Source of the DNA: Podarcis erhardii | Taxonomy: Eukaryota | Length of the DNA stretch: 64,000 nucleotides | Direction: 5' to 3' (one strand) | NCBI GenBank assembly: GCA_964252035.1 | Contig: OZ176206.1 | In this document: positions 11,658 to 24,097 of the stretch, piece by piece | Position numbering within the stretch: the stretch's first letter is position 1 | Layout: each line of letters begins with the position of its first letter | The notes under the pieces: generated by a model | Told to the model about the DNA's origin: nothing | The model's input: the letters and a program-made list of their open reading frames with translations, nothing else | The model's database searches: none | Program-made: the position numbers and the translations under genes

Positions 11658-11976
11658 CAGGGATGGGGAATCTCAGGCCCCAGGTTGTTTGTGGCCCTCT
11701 AGGCTTCTCTATCTGGCCCTCAGAACTCTTCCCAGGCCACACCCCTCACTGGCCCTGCTTCACATCCCAAGTTTTTCCTTGGCTTGAACTCTGGTAATGC
11801 CTCTTGCAAGTCAAGATGGTGACTAGAGAGGGGTGTGCTTGTGTATGCCGTAGGTAAAATGTACACGTGTTGCTCCACCCACTTTTGCCTCTAGCCCCAC
11901 CCACCACTGGCATGTGGCTCTGGGAAGTTTTCCCAAAGGGAATGTGGCCCTTGAGCTGAAAAGGACCTCATCTCTG
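11658..11976 (+). mobile_element. Old non-autonomous hAT element
   Basis: Starts CAGGGATGGGGAATCTC, ends AATGTGGCCCTTGAGCTGAAAAGG.CCTCATCTCTG. Related copies or fragments at 13088-13312, 16440-16610 (-), 18219-18316, 41753-41830 and 56830-57110. Confidence 0.7.
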
Positions 11977-13087
11977 AGATATGGGAAACACCCAATAGAT
12001 GTCTGCCTCCTTTCTCTTTGAAGTCTTCCAGCAAGGGAAGGTCCTTCAGGCAACACCAGAGAGCAAGGCTTTGGATGAAGGTGCACTATGATGATGTCAC
12101 AATGACATGGAGAGAAACCATTGTGGGGATGCCATTTTCAGTGGCCTCCCTGTGTTGCCCCAAGTTTGTAGATCTTACTCGGGCAGGGAATGATGCTTGG
12201 CTCCTGCGTTTTCTCGGGCTTTTGAATGCATTTTTTTTAAAGCTTTCGGTTGTAGTATTTCATCTCTTATTGCTTGTGAATTGTATTTTAAGATATGTGG
12301 TTTTCATTAGCCAATCTGACCCTCAGGGGAAAGTGCCTTGCATTTTACAGGATTGTATTCTGCACAGAGAAAGGTAGCTCACGGACATTGGGTGCTTATT
12401 CTTTCCTTTGCTCTCCGTACAGAACGTGCGAGGTTATGATTTCCAGCCTCTGCCAGTGAAGGAAACCAGGCCATGTGTGAAAGAACAAATCTTGCTCGCT
12501 GTTAGCATTTGACCTTTTAGAAAACTGATTTCCCCAATTTCCTGATCCAGGCATTGAGGAAGTCTTACCAAGGGAACATTCACAGAGTATTCGGGGAGGA
12601 AAGAAAAAAAAAAAGAATCATTAATAATTCAAATTGCCTGAATTAAGGCAGCAGGTCCATTCTTTATGCAGTGTTTGAATTAGTATAATCTTATTTCCTT
12701 TATTTCCTGTGCAACCTTTTATTAAATCCCATTTTGTCACTGCACAGCATTAGGTCTCCTCCCTCCCACCACTCTCTGAAAGAGGAGATATGGTAGGTGG
12801 AAGAGCTTCCAAAATACTCCTCATCCAAATTTCTCCCCAGATAAATTGCTTATTTTAACATTTACCGTTCCTCAACAAGTCCAGTGTAGCTAACAATATA
12901 ATTTAAAACAATAGCTCAACAGGGTTTTTTTTAAAAAAAGATTGACAACAGCAATAAAGCAGACAAAAATGAAGCTTTATTCAAAGCACACCCATTGAAA
13001 TTAATGGAGTTTACCTAGTCATATCCATTAATTTCTATGGGTCTATCCCGAATAAACTCTGTTGAATACCACCCTATGGTTCCAAGG

Positions 13088-13312
13088 CAGGAATAGGGAA
13101 CCTCCAGGTGGGGGGTTGAATGTGGCCCTCCAGGCCTCAATATCTGGCCCTTAGAACTCTCCCCAGACCACACTGCCTCTCTAGCAAACACACTCTTTAC
13201 TGGCCGCTGCTTTGTACCATCCTTGATTGCTTATGCCTTTGAACATAGTGCCTTTGAACATAGGTTTGCTCACAAGGTGATGCTGTCCTTGGGCTGAAAA
13301 GGTTTCCACCCT
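13088..13312 (+). mobile_element. Old non-autonomous hAT element (same family as 11658-11976)
   Basis: CAGGAATAGGGAACCTCC..GAATGTGGCCCTCCAGGCCTC..TATCTGGCCCT.AGAACTCTCCCCAG.CCACAC..GGGCTGAAAAGGTT. Confidence 0.7.
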
Positions 13313-13764
13313 CACCCTCCTTGAACAAATGATTAAAATGAACACCCATCAACACTCACCCACCCCCCAGTCCTCAAATCAGTCATTAACCCACCCTACG
13401 TGCACTTAGGTTGTCAAAAGGTACTTGCCTTCTGCCTCCAGAACATGCTATTAGGGCAGCCTCAGCCACCTTATCCTCCAAGTTTGCCCTTCAAATATTG
13501 ATTTGCCTTCGTTGCTCACACCTTAATTACATTGATCTCGTTTGCACATACTTGTCATTCAAACTGCTTAGCAATTAGAGGAGGGTGACTAAGGAAGGTA
13601 TTCATTTACATGCAGCCAGGTAACGCTTTTATTTAATAAAGTTTTCAATCTTCGAATGTGTTTTAATATGGCATTGCATGCTTTCCCCTTCAAATTGTAT
13701 GTTGCTTTGAGGCCAAAAAAAAAGAAATAAAAACGCAGCAAGCAACTATAAATAAATAAAGTAA

Positions 13765-14245
13765 GTAAGGTCTATTCATGGAGGAGAGGTCCATTGATGC
13801 CTATTAGCCAAAATGCCTATGCTCTGACTCCACAGTTAGAGGCAGCCATGGTTCCAAATACCGTACCTGTTGCTGGAAACCACTGGAGGAGAGAGCGCTC
13901 TTGTGGTCAAATCCTGCTTGCAGGTTTCCCACAAACATCTGGTTTGTCAGTGTGAGAATGGGATGCTGGACTAGATAGGCCATTGAACCGATCTAGCAGC
14001 CTCTTCTTCATGTGTTGTTAATGTTCTTGTGTTCTTAAGGTAGATGTAATCTGTCTCCCAGCCTCATCTCTGTCTCCCAGCCTTTGAATACCAATTGCTG
14101 GAGAATAGCGTGGGAGAGGGGGAAATTGGGACCATGCCCTGATTGTGGGCTTCTGATTGGCATCTGCTTGGCCACAGTGTGAAATAAGGTGCTGGGCTAG
14201 ATAGGCTTTTGTTCTGATCCAGCAGGCAACAAAAGAAGTGCCCTG
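13765..14245 (+). mobile_element. Two adjacent CR1 3'-end fragments (CTTATGTT-tail subfamily)
   Basis: 13765-14015 and 14090-14245 each contain (A)TACC.GTTGCTGG..CTGCTTG..CA.TGTGA.AA..GG.TGCTGG.CTAGAT.GG..CTGATC.AGCAG. Confidence 0.75.
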
Positions 14246-14548
14246 GAGGATCAGACCCAAGGTGCAAGCATAAATAGAGGGTGCCTCTGGGGAGTTTCCA
14301 TGCAGGCCATGAAGACAGCCCTTCCTCCCTTACGTGGTCCCAAGGTGTTTTAAATCTAAACTGACACAGAGAAAGGAAAAGGAATGGAGGAGGAGAAGAC
14401 AGGAGAAGAACATGGATTTTTAAAATTACAGTAACACATATTTTGGCTTGAATACAGCAGGGAGTGGAGAATATGGGAACCTGCGGTGGGGATGACCTAC
14501 CTCACAGGACTATGACTATGAGATAACATATGTGAAATACCTTGAACC

Positions 14549-14685
14549 NNNNNNNNNNNNNNNNNNNNNNNNNNNNNNNNNNNNNNNNNNNNNNNNNNNN
14601 NNNNNNNNNNNNNNNNNNNNNNNNNNNNNNNNNNNNNNNNNNNNNNNNNNNNNNNNNNNNNNNNNNNNNNNNNNNNNNNNNNNNN
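14549..14685. other. Assembly gap (137 N)
   Basis: Run of N, flanked by a MIR-like tail on the left and an L2-like tail on the right. Confidence 1.
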
Positions 14686-14689
14686 ATTG

Positions 14690-15020
14690 GCTGAAATGGC
14701 TTCTAAGCGGTTTCCAAGTATAAAATGAATTAGAAAAAAATAGCCACACACATTTAAAATGCACAATAAAAATAATAATCAAAACATTAAAATGAAACAC
14801 TCATAATTAAAATGTACATTAAACAAGCCAATCAAAACAGCATAATAGTTAAAACCGCAATTAAAACAATTTACAGAGGAGGTTCAAGTGGATCAGGGGA
14901 ATGCTTGTCTAAAGAGGTGTGTCTTCAAGAACAAGCAGAATACCAATACTGATGGAGCCTCTCATATTTCAGCATGTTGAGCACCCCACAACACTGATGC
15001 TGTTAGTGAAAAAGCCCACC
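14690..15020 (-). mobile_element. Old L2 3' fragment
   Basis: A-rich tail (AAAACA..TAAAA) followed by GAATGCTTGTCTAAAGAGGTGTGTCTTCA..GATGGAGCCTCTC..GAAAAAGCCC, the reverse complement of an L2 ORF2 end. Confidence 0.6.
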
Positions 15021-15269
15021 TTTGTGTTACCACAACCCAGTAATCACCAGGCTGTTGCAAAACTAACTAGGTTCCATCTGTTGATCCTTATGGCCCTACT
15101 GGGTAGTAGATGAGAAGGTGGTCTATTGCTACTTATTAGATCATACTTCTACAGTCAGCAACCATGTGGGATGAGGGCTACTTTACATTAGCACAATCCC
15201 CAGAAGCCTCTGAAACCACAGTCACAACTGTATGTGACGAAGATTGCTCAGGACAGATTTTTGATGGAT

Positions 15270-15548
15270 AAGAGAATTCGTGAATAGGCATTAAACTGGC
15301 TGAAACTGGGCAAAAAGCGCTCCTAACTTTTATATATCAGGGTCTGCACAGTGGTGACTGATCAGGAAAGAGGTTTGGGGGTTGTGGTAGATCAGTCAAT
15401 GAAAATACTGTGTTTGGCTGTGTTGAAAAAGGTGAATTCCATATTAGGGATCATTAGGAAAGGAATTAATAGTAAAACTACCAATATCATAATTCTGCTA
15501 TATAAATCTATGGTTTTTTGAATACTATACGCAGTTCTGGTTGCCCCA
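15270..15548 (+). mobile_element. CR1 ORF2 relic
   Basis: Translates (frameshifted) to VTDQERGLGVVVD.SMK..AVLKKVNSILGIIRKGINSKT.NII.LLYKS..EY..QFW.P, the CR1 RT C-terminal region. Confidence 0.85.
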
Positions 15549-15937
15549 TGTAACACAAGCAATGCACAAAGGAGGGGGGGGCAGTGTTACTGCCAATAGT
15601 ATTCCCACACATGTTTCTTATGAGGCAAGATATTACACACACACACCTTCAATATGTTTCCTATATTAAATTTGATTAATTAAGAAATAAAATTTATGCT
15701 TTTAACCGCCCCCTCTGAAATACCAGGTTTGAAAAAAAAGCAAAAAAAGCAATGTGCCTCATTCTAGAGAGCAAAGTGGAAAGAATCAGATGACTGTTTA
15801 AAGAAGCAAAGAGTCAACCATTCATAAGAGCTCACGGTTTCCATGCCAACACAGTTCCCTAGGGGATATCTAAGGAGAGAGAAATGCCGTGAAATTTCTA
15901 AAAAGCATGCTTAGCTTGGGAAGCCTTCTCCAGAAGG

Positions 15938-15938
<1 letters not shown>

Positions 15939-15982
<44 letters not shown>
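15939..15982. repeat. (TG)22 microsatellite
   Basis: Perfect dinucleotide run. Confidence 0.98.
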
Positions 15983-15985
<3 letters not shown>

Positions 15986-17629
15986 ACGCATCCCACCTGT
16001 CTCCCAAATTGATTTTGTAACGCCACGATTTGTATGTTAGTGTTCAGTCACTTTGTTCTTGTCATATCCCCCATCACCAGACCCTTAATCCTACCACCGT
16101 CTCCATAATATGCAAGAGCAGACGCCAAGGGTCAGGCTTCAGGGCAAACAAACTCTCCATGGAAAGTTATGAAAGAATATCTGAATGACTGCAGAGATAT
16201 CACCTGGTGTATGATTTCATTTTACAGATTTATAAACCACTTCACAGCTTGAGGCCACCCAAGTGGTGCCTGATGTATCCAGACACAGAGATGTTGGTGT
16301 GTTTTACTATTAATTTTAATTATCTTTTAATATTTTTAACTGTTTTAACATTTCTTCTTAGAGGTCTGATGAAAATCATGCAGTATGAAATGTTGTTAAA
16401 TAAAATAACTCACAGAAACATGTCCACAGCTCTGCATCCCGCAACCATACAAGCGAGATGAATCATCGCAGTCCAAGGGGCACATTCCAGCCAGATTAAA
16501 GCACTTGAGAAAAGTGACAGCAAGGCCAGTGAACAATCGAGACTCCCAGGGGCGAGGTAAAGAGGCCCGTGGTTGCATTTGGACCCCTGGGTCTGAAGTT
16601 CCCCACACCAGCTCTATAATCTCCTAGTGGCTCAAACAGGCTAATCCCCACCCCTCGCTCTCCCAATTTTTCTTTTCTCTCTGTCTTCAGGTTAATACTT
16701 TTGACATTCCATAGCTTAGCTGTCTCCACCATAGACTTTATTGCTGGGCTTGTTCTAGTCCACTTTATGGGGTTCTCTCCATGAATCGACACCCACATCT
16801 TCCATTATAGGAAATGATGATAATAAAACAGGACTAACAGATAGATACACATCTTTGACTGTCAGGTCTGTAGCTGGGTGCAATCCACTTGAAGCAGAAT
16901 CTGCTGCCATCCCTAACAACCTACTCCTTTGGGTGCCTAAGGTGAGGGCCGCCACTTTGAGGTTTTTTGTTTACAATCAAGTGGTATATAATTTTTTTAC
17001 GAAACGAAATAAATGAATAGGTGCTCGTTTTCTGATATGGAGATTTCTCAGCTGCTTCCTCAGCCGATCTGGCATTCCATTTTGTTAGGTCTGCATTGAA
17101 GATCCCCTCATTTCAGTATCCATTTGGAAAGTAGCACGTATGTGATTCAGCTGAACATCTTACCAGGTTTGTTTATTGCAGCTCTCTTGGAAATTAGAAG
17201 ATTTAGTACATAAAGGGAAACACTGTGAAGTTTATTTCCCCTTCCTGGTGCTTTTTCAAACACTCTAGAGAGGTTTTTGAACATCCTTCAAAAAGCCATC
17301 GCAGCTGCAAAACTTACCAATCCTCTTGCATTCATCTAAATTAAGCAGAACTTTCCTCCCTGCTCACATAAAGGTTCTTTATTCACATTGGTCTTCTGTT
17401 GCTGGAAACAGTGAGATTATCATGTAGTCAATGAGATTTGGCTATGTAAACTGTGGTCAAACAAACCTAATTCAGAGCGAGGGCAAAATCTTTACTCTGC
17501 AACAGTTTTAATTGCCCTCTGTGGACAGTTTTGGGACCAGTTCTTTTTAACTTGATCATCGGTGATTTGAAGTTAGGAGAAAGCAGTAAGGTGGTCAAGT
17601 TTCTTGATAATCCCACAGTTTGAGGTGTG

Positions 17630-17630
<1 letters not shown>

Positions 17631-17696
<66 letters not shown>
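17631..17696. repeat. Compound (TG)14(AG)19 microsatellite
   Basis: Adjacent perfect runs. Confidence 0.97.
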
Positions 17697-17699
<3 letters not shown>

Positions 17700-17701
17700 T
17701 G

Positions 17702-17881
17702 ATGCACATTGGGACAAAAGCTCTCAATTTCACATACACACCCTTGGAGTCTGAATTGGTGGTGACTGACCAGGAAAAGAATATTTTGGTTTTGGTCAAT
17801 AAATTGATGAAAATGTTAACCCAGTATGCAGTTGTTGTTCAATATGCAAATTTCATGCTAGGTATCATAAGGGATGGAATT
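17702..17881 (+). mobile_element. CR1 ORF2 relic
   Basis: ORF MHIGTKALNFTYTPLESELVVTDQEKNILVLVNKLMKMLTQYAVVVQYANFMLGIIRDGI matches CR1 ORF2 (MHIG.KN.NFTYTL.GSEL..TDQERDLGV..SMKMS.QC..AVKKAN.MLGIIRKGI). Confidence 0.85.
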
Positions 17882-18477
17882 CCTTGGCTGAAATCTGATT
17901 GGCTCCACTCTTTAAAATAATGGTTTTTGATATGATGGGAATTCTATATGTGGTGTTATAGCAAAAACGGACCATTCACATTTATTTATTTTTATGATTT
18001 TATTAAATTTCCTGGCCATCATTAGATTTTACAGTGATGGAAAAATAAACTTGCATGTGTGAACCAGCTACAAATAAGCCCTTAGTCAGGCCTTTTACAG
18101 TGAGGGAATCTAATAGCTCTCTTCATGCATTGAGAGAGAATGCAGGCAGGCTGAAAGTGGAAGGGGGCCTTGCATCCAAGTCTCCTTCCAACACCCCTTT
18201 TCATGTAATATTTACATTACCCACCCACTTTTGCCTTTGGCCCCATTGACCACTAGCATGTTGGAAGGTTGCCCAATCAAGAATGTGGCCCTTAGGCTAA
18301 GCAAAATCCCCCACCTGGACTTTAGTCCAGATCCATGGAAATGGGTGTGAAGGGAATCCAGATCCCAAATGCAGGCTGGTCAATTTAATGCTGTTGAATA
18401 TTAATAACAGAAAAAAACAAAAAATGGGGATTTGACACTTGTCAGTCATCCTAGCATTACCCAACCTAGTGCTCTCC

Positions 18478-18590
18478 TGCAGTTTCTGGACTGTAACTCC
18501 CATAATCCCTGGCCATTCGCCATGCTGGCTGAGGCAGATGGGAGCCAGATGTTCTACAACATCTTTAGGGCACCAGGTTGCTTATCCCTC
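18478..18590 (+). mobile_element. Short palindromic hAT-type MITE (GGACTACAACTCCCATCATCCC family)
   Basis: GGACTGTAACTCCCATAATCCC..GATGGGAGC..TTCTACAACATCT. Related copies at 30850-30980, 51935-52025 and 56760-56840. Confidence 0.7.
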
Positions 18591-19036
18591 CTTTGTCACC
18601 CATTGTTCAGGCAGCCCAGTTGACGGCGCCAGATTGGAACGGTAAATTCTGTTCCTGCCTCTTGCTAAAGCAGGAAACAAACATTGCCTTCTGGTATACA
18701 TGTTAGAGCTGCCTTTTGGTAATAACGTGTCCAACTGCCTGAAAGCGGAAATTAGCCACCTGATTGAAAGCGTGCCTTATAAATATTAACTATGACTTGC
18801 CTCCTAAATATAGAAAGCATATTAAAGCATCTCGCTAATAAGCAGATGGCCTCTCTTTCCCACTTGCCATCATTATCCACTCCAGACCTCTGCTGTGACA
18901 CTGAGGAGAGGAACTCATCACTTGACCTTTTTTCCTCTCTCCAATGGATTACTTGGGTAAATGCGGACAAGGTGTGGAGTCTTGTGTTTACAGCTGGTGC
19001 CTACCCCACCCCCGCCCCCCACAACCAAGTCTTGCA

Positions 19037-19592
19037 TAGGTAGCTGCTTAATACCACTGGCCCACCTAGTTCAGCCTTGTCTACAGTGACTGGAAGAGGG
19101 TTCAGCAGTCCTAACAGGAGATGGTTGGCATTGAACCTGAGGCCTTCTGCATGCCAAACACATGTTCCACTTCTATAGCTCTATGCTTCCAAATAGGAAG
19201 AAAATGGGAGGCTGCCTCAAACAGAGTCAGACCATTGGCCCATGTAAATCAGGAGGGTCTGCACTGACTGCCAGCATCTCTCTAAGGTTTAAGACAATGG
19301 AGATCTCCAGTCCTACCTGAAGATGCTGGGTGCTGAATCAGGGACTGTCTCCTTGCAAAGCAGGTGCTCCGCCACATCTTCCTATCAAGATAGGGATATA
19401 GGAAGCTGCCTTATATTGGGTCAGACTGTTGGGCCATATAGATCTGTGTGGTCTACATTAACTGACAGGAGCTCTCCAGGGTTTCGGGTGGGGTCATTCC
19501 AGTCCCTAACTGGAAGGATTTAACCTGGGACCTTCTGCATGCAAAGCAGATGGTCTACCACTGAGCTAGGACTTTCCCCACTGAGCTACAGT
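19037..19592 (-). mobile_element. Three head-to-tail copies of the squamate tRNA-derived SINE
   Basis: Copies at about 19037-19187, 19207-19375 and 19390-19592. Each has a tail (A)TAGG.AGCTGC.T, a body CTACA.TGACTG and a head GAAC/AACCTG.GAC..TCTGCATG. Confidence 0.8.
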
Positions 19593-19813
19593 GGGTTAAG
19601 CTGATCGCCAACAAAAGCAGCTCTGTATCATCATGCATATGATCCAAAGAAGGTTTTTTTCTTTTTCTTTTGCACAATACCTTGTCGATGCTTGCCTATG
19701 CATTTTTAGTTTGGGAAGGAAAAGTCATGAAGGAACCAAAGAAAGTGACAGCTGCATCAAATTGCTCAGGCTTAGGGCTCTGTGAAAACATTAAGAACAG
19801 AGGGATGGACACA

Positions 19814-19849
<36 letters not shown>

Positions 19850-20224
19850 CTGCCATTGAGAAATTGAGGATTCCTAAGGTATTGGTTCTGCTTTGGTATA
19901 CGAGGTTAGTCAATTCAGAAATCCAAAATCCAGGAAGAAATTTCAGTGAGGACAATTTCAGAAGCATCCAAAAGGCGTGTTCAAAATGTAGCCTTCTGCA
20001 AAGAAAGGAATATGAAGTTCACAACAGATGGCAATGATAAAAGTGGCCTTTCTGACTTTAATTATGGTAGTTTCTGGTTTCAAAAATAATACTTTATACT
20101 GTGTCACCTTAATTCAGGATCACCCAATAACCTCTTTACTTTGATGCTTCAATGTAAGTTGTTATTATTGTTTGTTTTTATTTCATTTTTCACAATTTGT
20201 ATTATGTTTGCTTATATTATAGTT

Positions 20225-20620
20225 AGCCTGCTTCACACTTCCTTCAGCAATTTGGGAACTGAAATGTAACTTCCCTTCAAAATTTGCTAACAAAAAAAGT
20301 GTCTACAAAAATGTGAATATCAGGGGAAAGTGTGCATGAAAATGCACATTTTAGTGAAAATAACATTATAATGGATCAAATTATAAACATTTCATGCCAA
20401 AGTGCATTTATTAGGGGAAATGGCATGCAAATAAATGTGCATATCAGGAAGCATGCACACTGAAATGCTAATAAATTTTCATGGTGACTTAAAAAATAAT
20501 AATTCAGAAACTGATGCAAAAATCAGATGAAACTGGTCTTAAGATTGGATTAAGATTCCCTTAAGATTGGAAAAGTGAGAAGTTGCAAGATACCAAAACT
20601 GACAGATCCATCCATTCATA
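20225..20620 (+). mobile_element. AT-rich non-autonomous DNA transposon copy
   Basis: AAAGTGTGCATGAAAATGCACATT..GAAATGCTAATAAATTTTCATG..AAGATTGGAAAAGTGAGA, shared with 33227-33670. Confidence 0.6.
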
Positions 20621-21544
20621 GTCATGGATTGTACTGGAGTGAGTGGGGCACAAACTGTCCAGGCCTAATCTAGGGATAATTAAGACAAGAGATGGTTGTT
20701 CGGTAACACAAACCATTTTCATTCTTCTCCCCCGTTGTCTCAACTTTTAAATCAGCTTGCATTCCAGCAGAGCTCCAGATTATGTTGTTCTTGTCGAGAC
20801 TTTCCCCTGTCTCTCTGCTGGATGCTGAAAGCTTTTGATCAATATAGTGTAGAAATCTTCTGACTGACTCTGCCAAAAGCAGCCTGCAATGAGCACCGGT
20901 GACTGAAATATTTAACAGTTGAATCTTACCTATAAATCACTTGGAAAAGGTGGTGAAGAGATACATAAATACTTAACGATTGCTGGCAAACTGATGAGCT
21001 GGAATTGTAGCTGACGTCACTGAAAATTTGTTGCCACCACAATCTTCATTTATTTTCAAAGCCTCAATACCTAAGGAAATGGAGTGTTCTTTCCCTTTCA
21101 TTAACTACTGGTGGCCTACAGCTAGAATAATAGAAAACTCAATATTGCCATGTCCAGGGTTGCGTGGCATTAAGAGAGATAGAGATCTAGAGTGGGGGTG
21201 GGGCAGAATCTATAAGGCTTGCCAGGGAACCATAAAAACCTCTAGAACAACTTTGCAAACTTGGTGCTCTCCAGATCTTTTGCAATCTGACTCCCACCAG
21301 TAAACCGCCATCCTAACCAGTACAGAGCTAAGGGACAAAGATGGATCCAGGAGCACCCGAAATTACATCCCTCCTCCTTTGGAGGGAGTGCAACCCTGAC
21401 ATTTATTATGACATAACCTTTCTAATTCTTTCTAACACTTGCTCCCCAATAAACCATTTAGTCTTTCAAAATTAAGCAGGAAGCAAGTTTAATATGCAAT
21501 AGATCTTGCCCCCCCCCCCAGTTTATGTCACCATGTGGAGGCTC

Positions 21545-21765
21545 CATGAGAGGCCTTGCTGGATCAGACCAAGGGCCCATCTCGTCCATCATCCTTTTCT
21601 CACAGTGGTCAACGAGATGCTGATAAGAAACCCATAAGCAGGACAATGGCACCACAGCTCTCTTCCCAGCAACTGGTATTCAGAAACATTCTGCCTCCAA
21701 CACCAGAGACAACCTTTGCTGTTCATAGCGATAGATAGCCTTATCCTCCAAAAATTTGTCGAGCC
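21545..21765 (-). mobile_element. CR1 3' end (CTTATGTT-tail subfamily)
   Basis: GCTGGATCAGACCAAGGGCCCATCT.GTCCA..CTCACAGTGG..CCCAGCAACTGGTATTCAGA..GCCTTATCCTCCA. Confidence 0.85.
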
Positions 21766-22989
21766 CCACATTTAAAGGCAACCATCTTGAAATAAATGCA
21801 TTGAAATAAATATGGGAGGATTGGAGAATATTTCCCCGTAAAACATTCTACTGCAAAATGCCCCTAACGATACTAGCTTTTTTCACATCTCTGAGGGTGT
21901 GAGGCTAGCCTTTAAAGCATCATTTTTGTACAGGACTAGTAAAAAAAAGCACCCAACATTGCTGCATAATTAAGCCTTGATCAACAGCTTGCTTTTATAA
22001 TGTTGCAGAAGGGATTGCCTCAGTTTATGGTTCACTTCACTGGGAATTTTTGCTTGCTGGACACATTTTGTGTTATTTTTAAGTGGTATTGGGGGGGGGG
22101 GGGAGGCAGGAGTGAAGAAGCAATGTTACAGTAGCCCCAAATAATGAAACAGTGAGGATCCTATTTTCCATCCTGTGCATAACCCAGATCCACAAATCCC
22201 TTGGCACCCACAGCTCGAATGGCAGGATTTTATGCAAAACTTCCAAGTGGCGTGCCAACATTGCCTTCTTAAGTATTAATAATCGGCATAGAGCTGGCAC
22301 TGTTATTCTTTGCAATAGTAAAGACATTTAAGAAAAGGAACAGCTTGTGTTGCTAATTTTAAATACTTAGTCTGGGGAATGTTGATCTTAATTTTATTCC
22401 CAGTAAGAAAATATTACTGAGCAGGAAAGGAGCAGTCATAAGAAAGAGAAGGATATCACCTATGAATAAGCAAGACCCATCTCCCCTTTACAAAGGAAAA
22501 ATAGCAAAATTGCTATTTTTGTTGAAAATTGCTGCATCCTGGAATGAATTCTCATTCACCTGTTTTTGCCCTGTGGCAAGATAATTCAAATGGGTATGTG
22601 GTCAGCAATGTTTAAGCCATACATGGAGTCTAGCTGAAAAGAGAGCGGTGCCCAATTTTTCCTTCGTTGCATCAGGATTGCATGGGATGAAATTCTATGT
22701 GTGTTTAAACCGTACCTGAAAATAAAATATAAAGTATTGGAGGCTTATTTCTTCTTTTCTTTCTTCACTGGAAGAAAAACCCAGAGCTGCTACAATAAGT
22801 CAACGCAATGAGATTCACTTCCCCAGCAGACTGCCCTGTGGGAAGGGCATATAATGTAGCATCACTACTCCCAAAAAATATTCTGCACTTTACATTTTTA
22901 TAGTATGTAGACCCCACCTACTAGCCAAAGTTCACTTGGCATCTTGCAACAGATTGCAAATACATCAGAATAGACAAGAGTTACTAGGG

Positions 22990-23102
22990 TAGGGCTGCCA
23001 TACATCTGGAATTTCCTGGAAATATCCTGGATTCATCCGTCAGAAATAGCATTCAGTCAGAATGTCCCAAAATTGGTAAAAATGTCCAGCTATGGCAACC
23101 CA
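22990..23102. mobile_element. hAT (Blackjack-like) MITE
   Basis: Inverted termini TAGGGCTGCCATA / TATGGCAACCCA with internal (A)TGTCC/GGA motifs. Related element at 38214-38387. Confidence 0.65.
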
Positions 23103-23774
23103 TATCTGAAGTGCTGCTTTTGGGGCAAGTTGCCTCAAAAACTTCCATTTTAGGGGGAAATTTTGCAAAAAAGAAGAAGCTTTGGCTCGGGTTGTAATTC
23201 AAGGCTTAGAGAAGACCAATAAGCCATGCTTGGAATGCTAGTACAGATTATAACTAGGCCAAATTCATATATTCCAATTCAAACTGGGTAATTCTGAAGC
23301 TTGGCAACAGTATTAGTTCGCAGCAGTTCAGCTCTCTTTCTGAGCTGGGTGAAACCCCAACTTTGGGGCTTCTTCTTTTTTCCAGCCTATAGGATGGAAA
23401 AGTCTCTTGACTACGCAACCTTGAATGACCTGTGGGGGTGTGGAGAAGCATCCTGCTGGCTGCACACTGGCTCTTTGGTCAAGCAGCCAAGCCCTGTGGC
23501 TGCCAAAGCAGACAGGAGGTGCTTGTGCACAGAATATCTCTGCCCCCTGAGAGTGGCTGTTTGCAGAGGCTGACCTCTCCCTCGCTACCTCACAAAGACA
23601 TTTGGTGTGCGTCGGCCTAGCAGTGTTCGCTTATGGGCGATAAATGCCTGCATGATTTCCATAGCTGAGGTATATTCTGAGCGACTGTTTTTGGAACACC
23701 AGAAACACTCACAGAGCCTCCTGTATGCATTTTTGTACACATTACTTGGCTGGAGAACGGCACTGCAAAATGTG

Positions 23775-24097
23775 GAAAAATTCCCAATCTTAAATTCAGT
23801 TCACACTTCCACATCAGTTTGTGGGTTTTTCTTAAGTCCTCATGAAAATCCATAAGCATTTTAATGCAAATTATGCCCGATATACATTTTTAAATATGCA
23901 CATTTGCCCAATGCATTTTTGCATGTTATTTTCATTAATGTATTCTGTTTTATGTACACTTTTCCCCAATATATACATTTTTGTATACAATTCACCATTA
24001 GAGAGGTGTATTGCAAAATTCAAGTAAGTAAGAAATTTAAAGGATTTTTGGTTCTTCTATTGTTTTGGAAAGTGCATAATTAGGAAGCTTTGCCTTT
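23775..24097 (-). mobile_element. AT-rich non-autonomous DNA transposon copy, abutted by a SINE
   Basis: CCACATCAGTTTG..TCCTCATGAAAATCC..GCATTTT..TTGTTTTGGAAAGTGCATAATTAGG.AGCTTTGCCTT, as in 9652-10032. Confidence 0.65.

Noticed and set aside
12395-12440. Strong acceptor TTATTCTTTCCTTTGCTCTCCGTACAG
   Set aside because: No good donor within plausible exon length, so no exon can be proposed.
20990-21030. Intact hammerhead ribozyme at CTGATGAG
   Set aside because: No GAAA immediately after a stem II; I found no complete hammerhead anywhere in the window.
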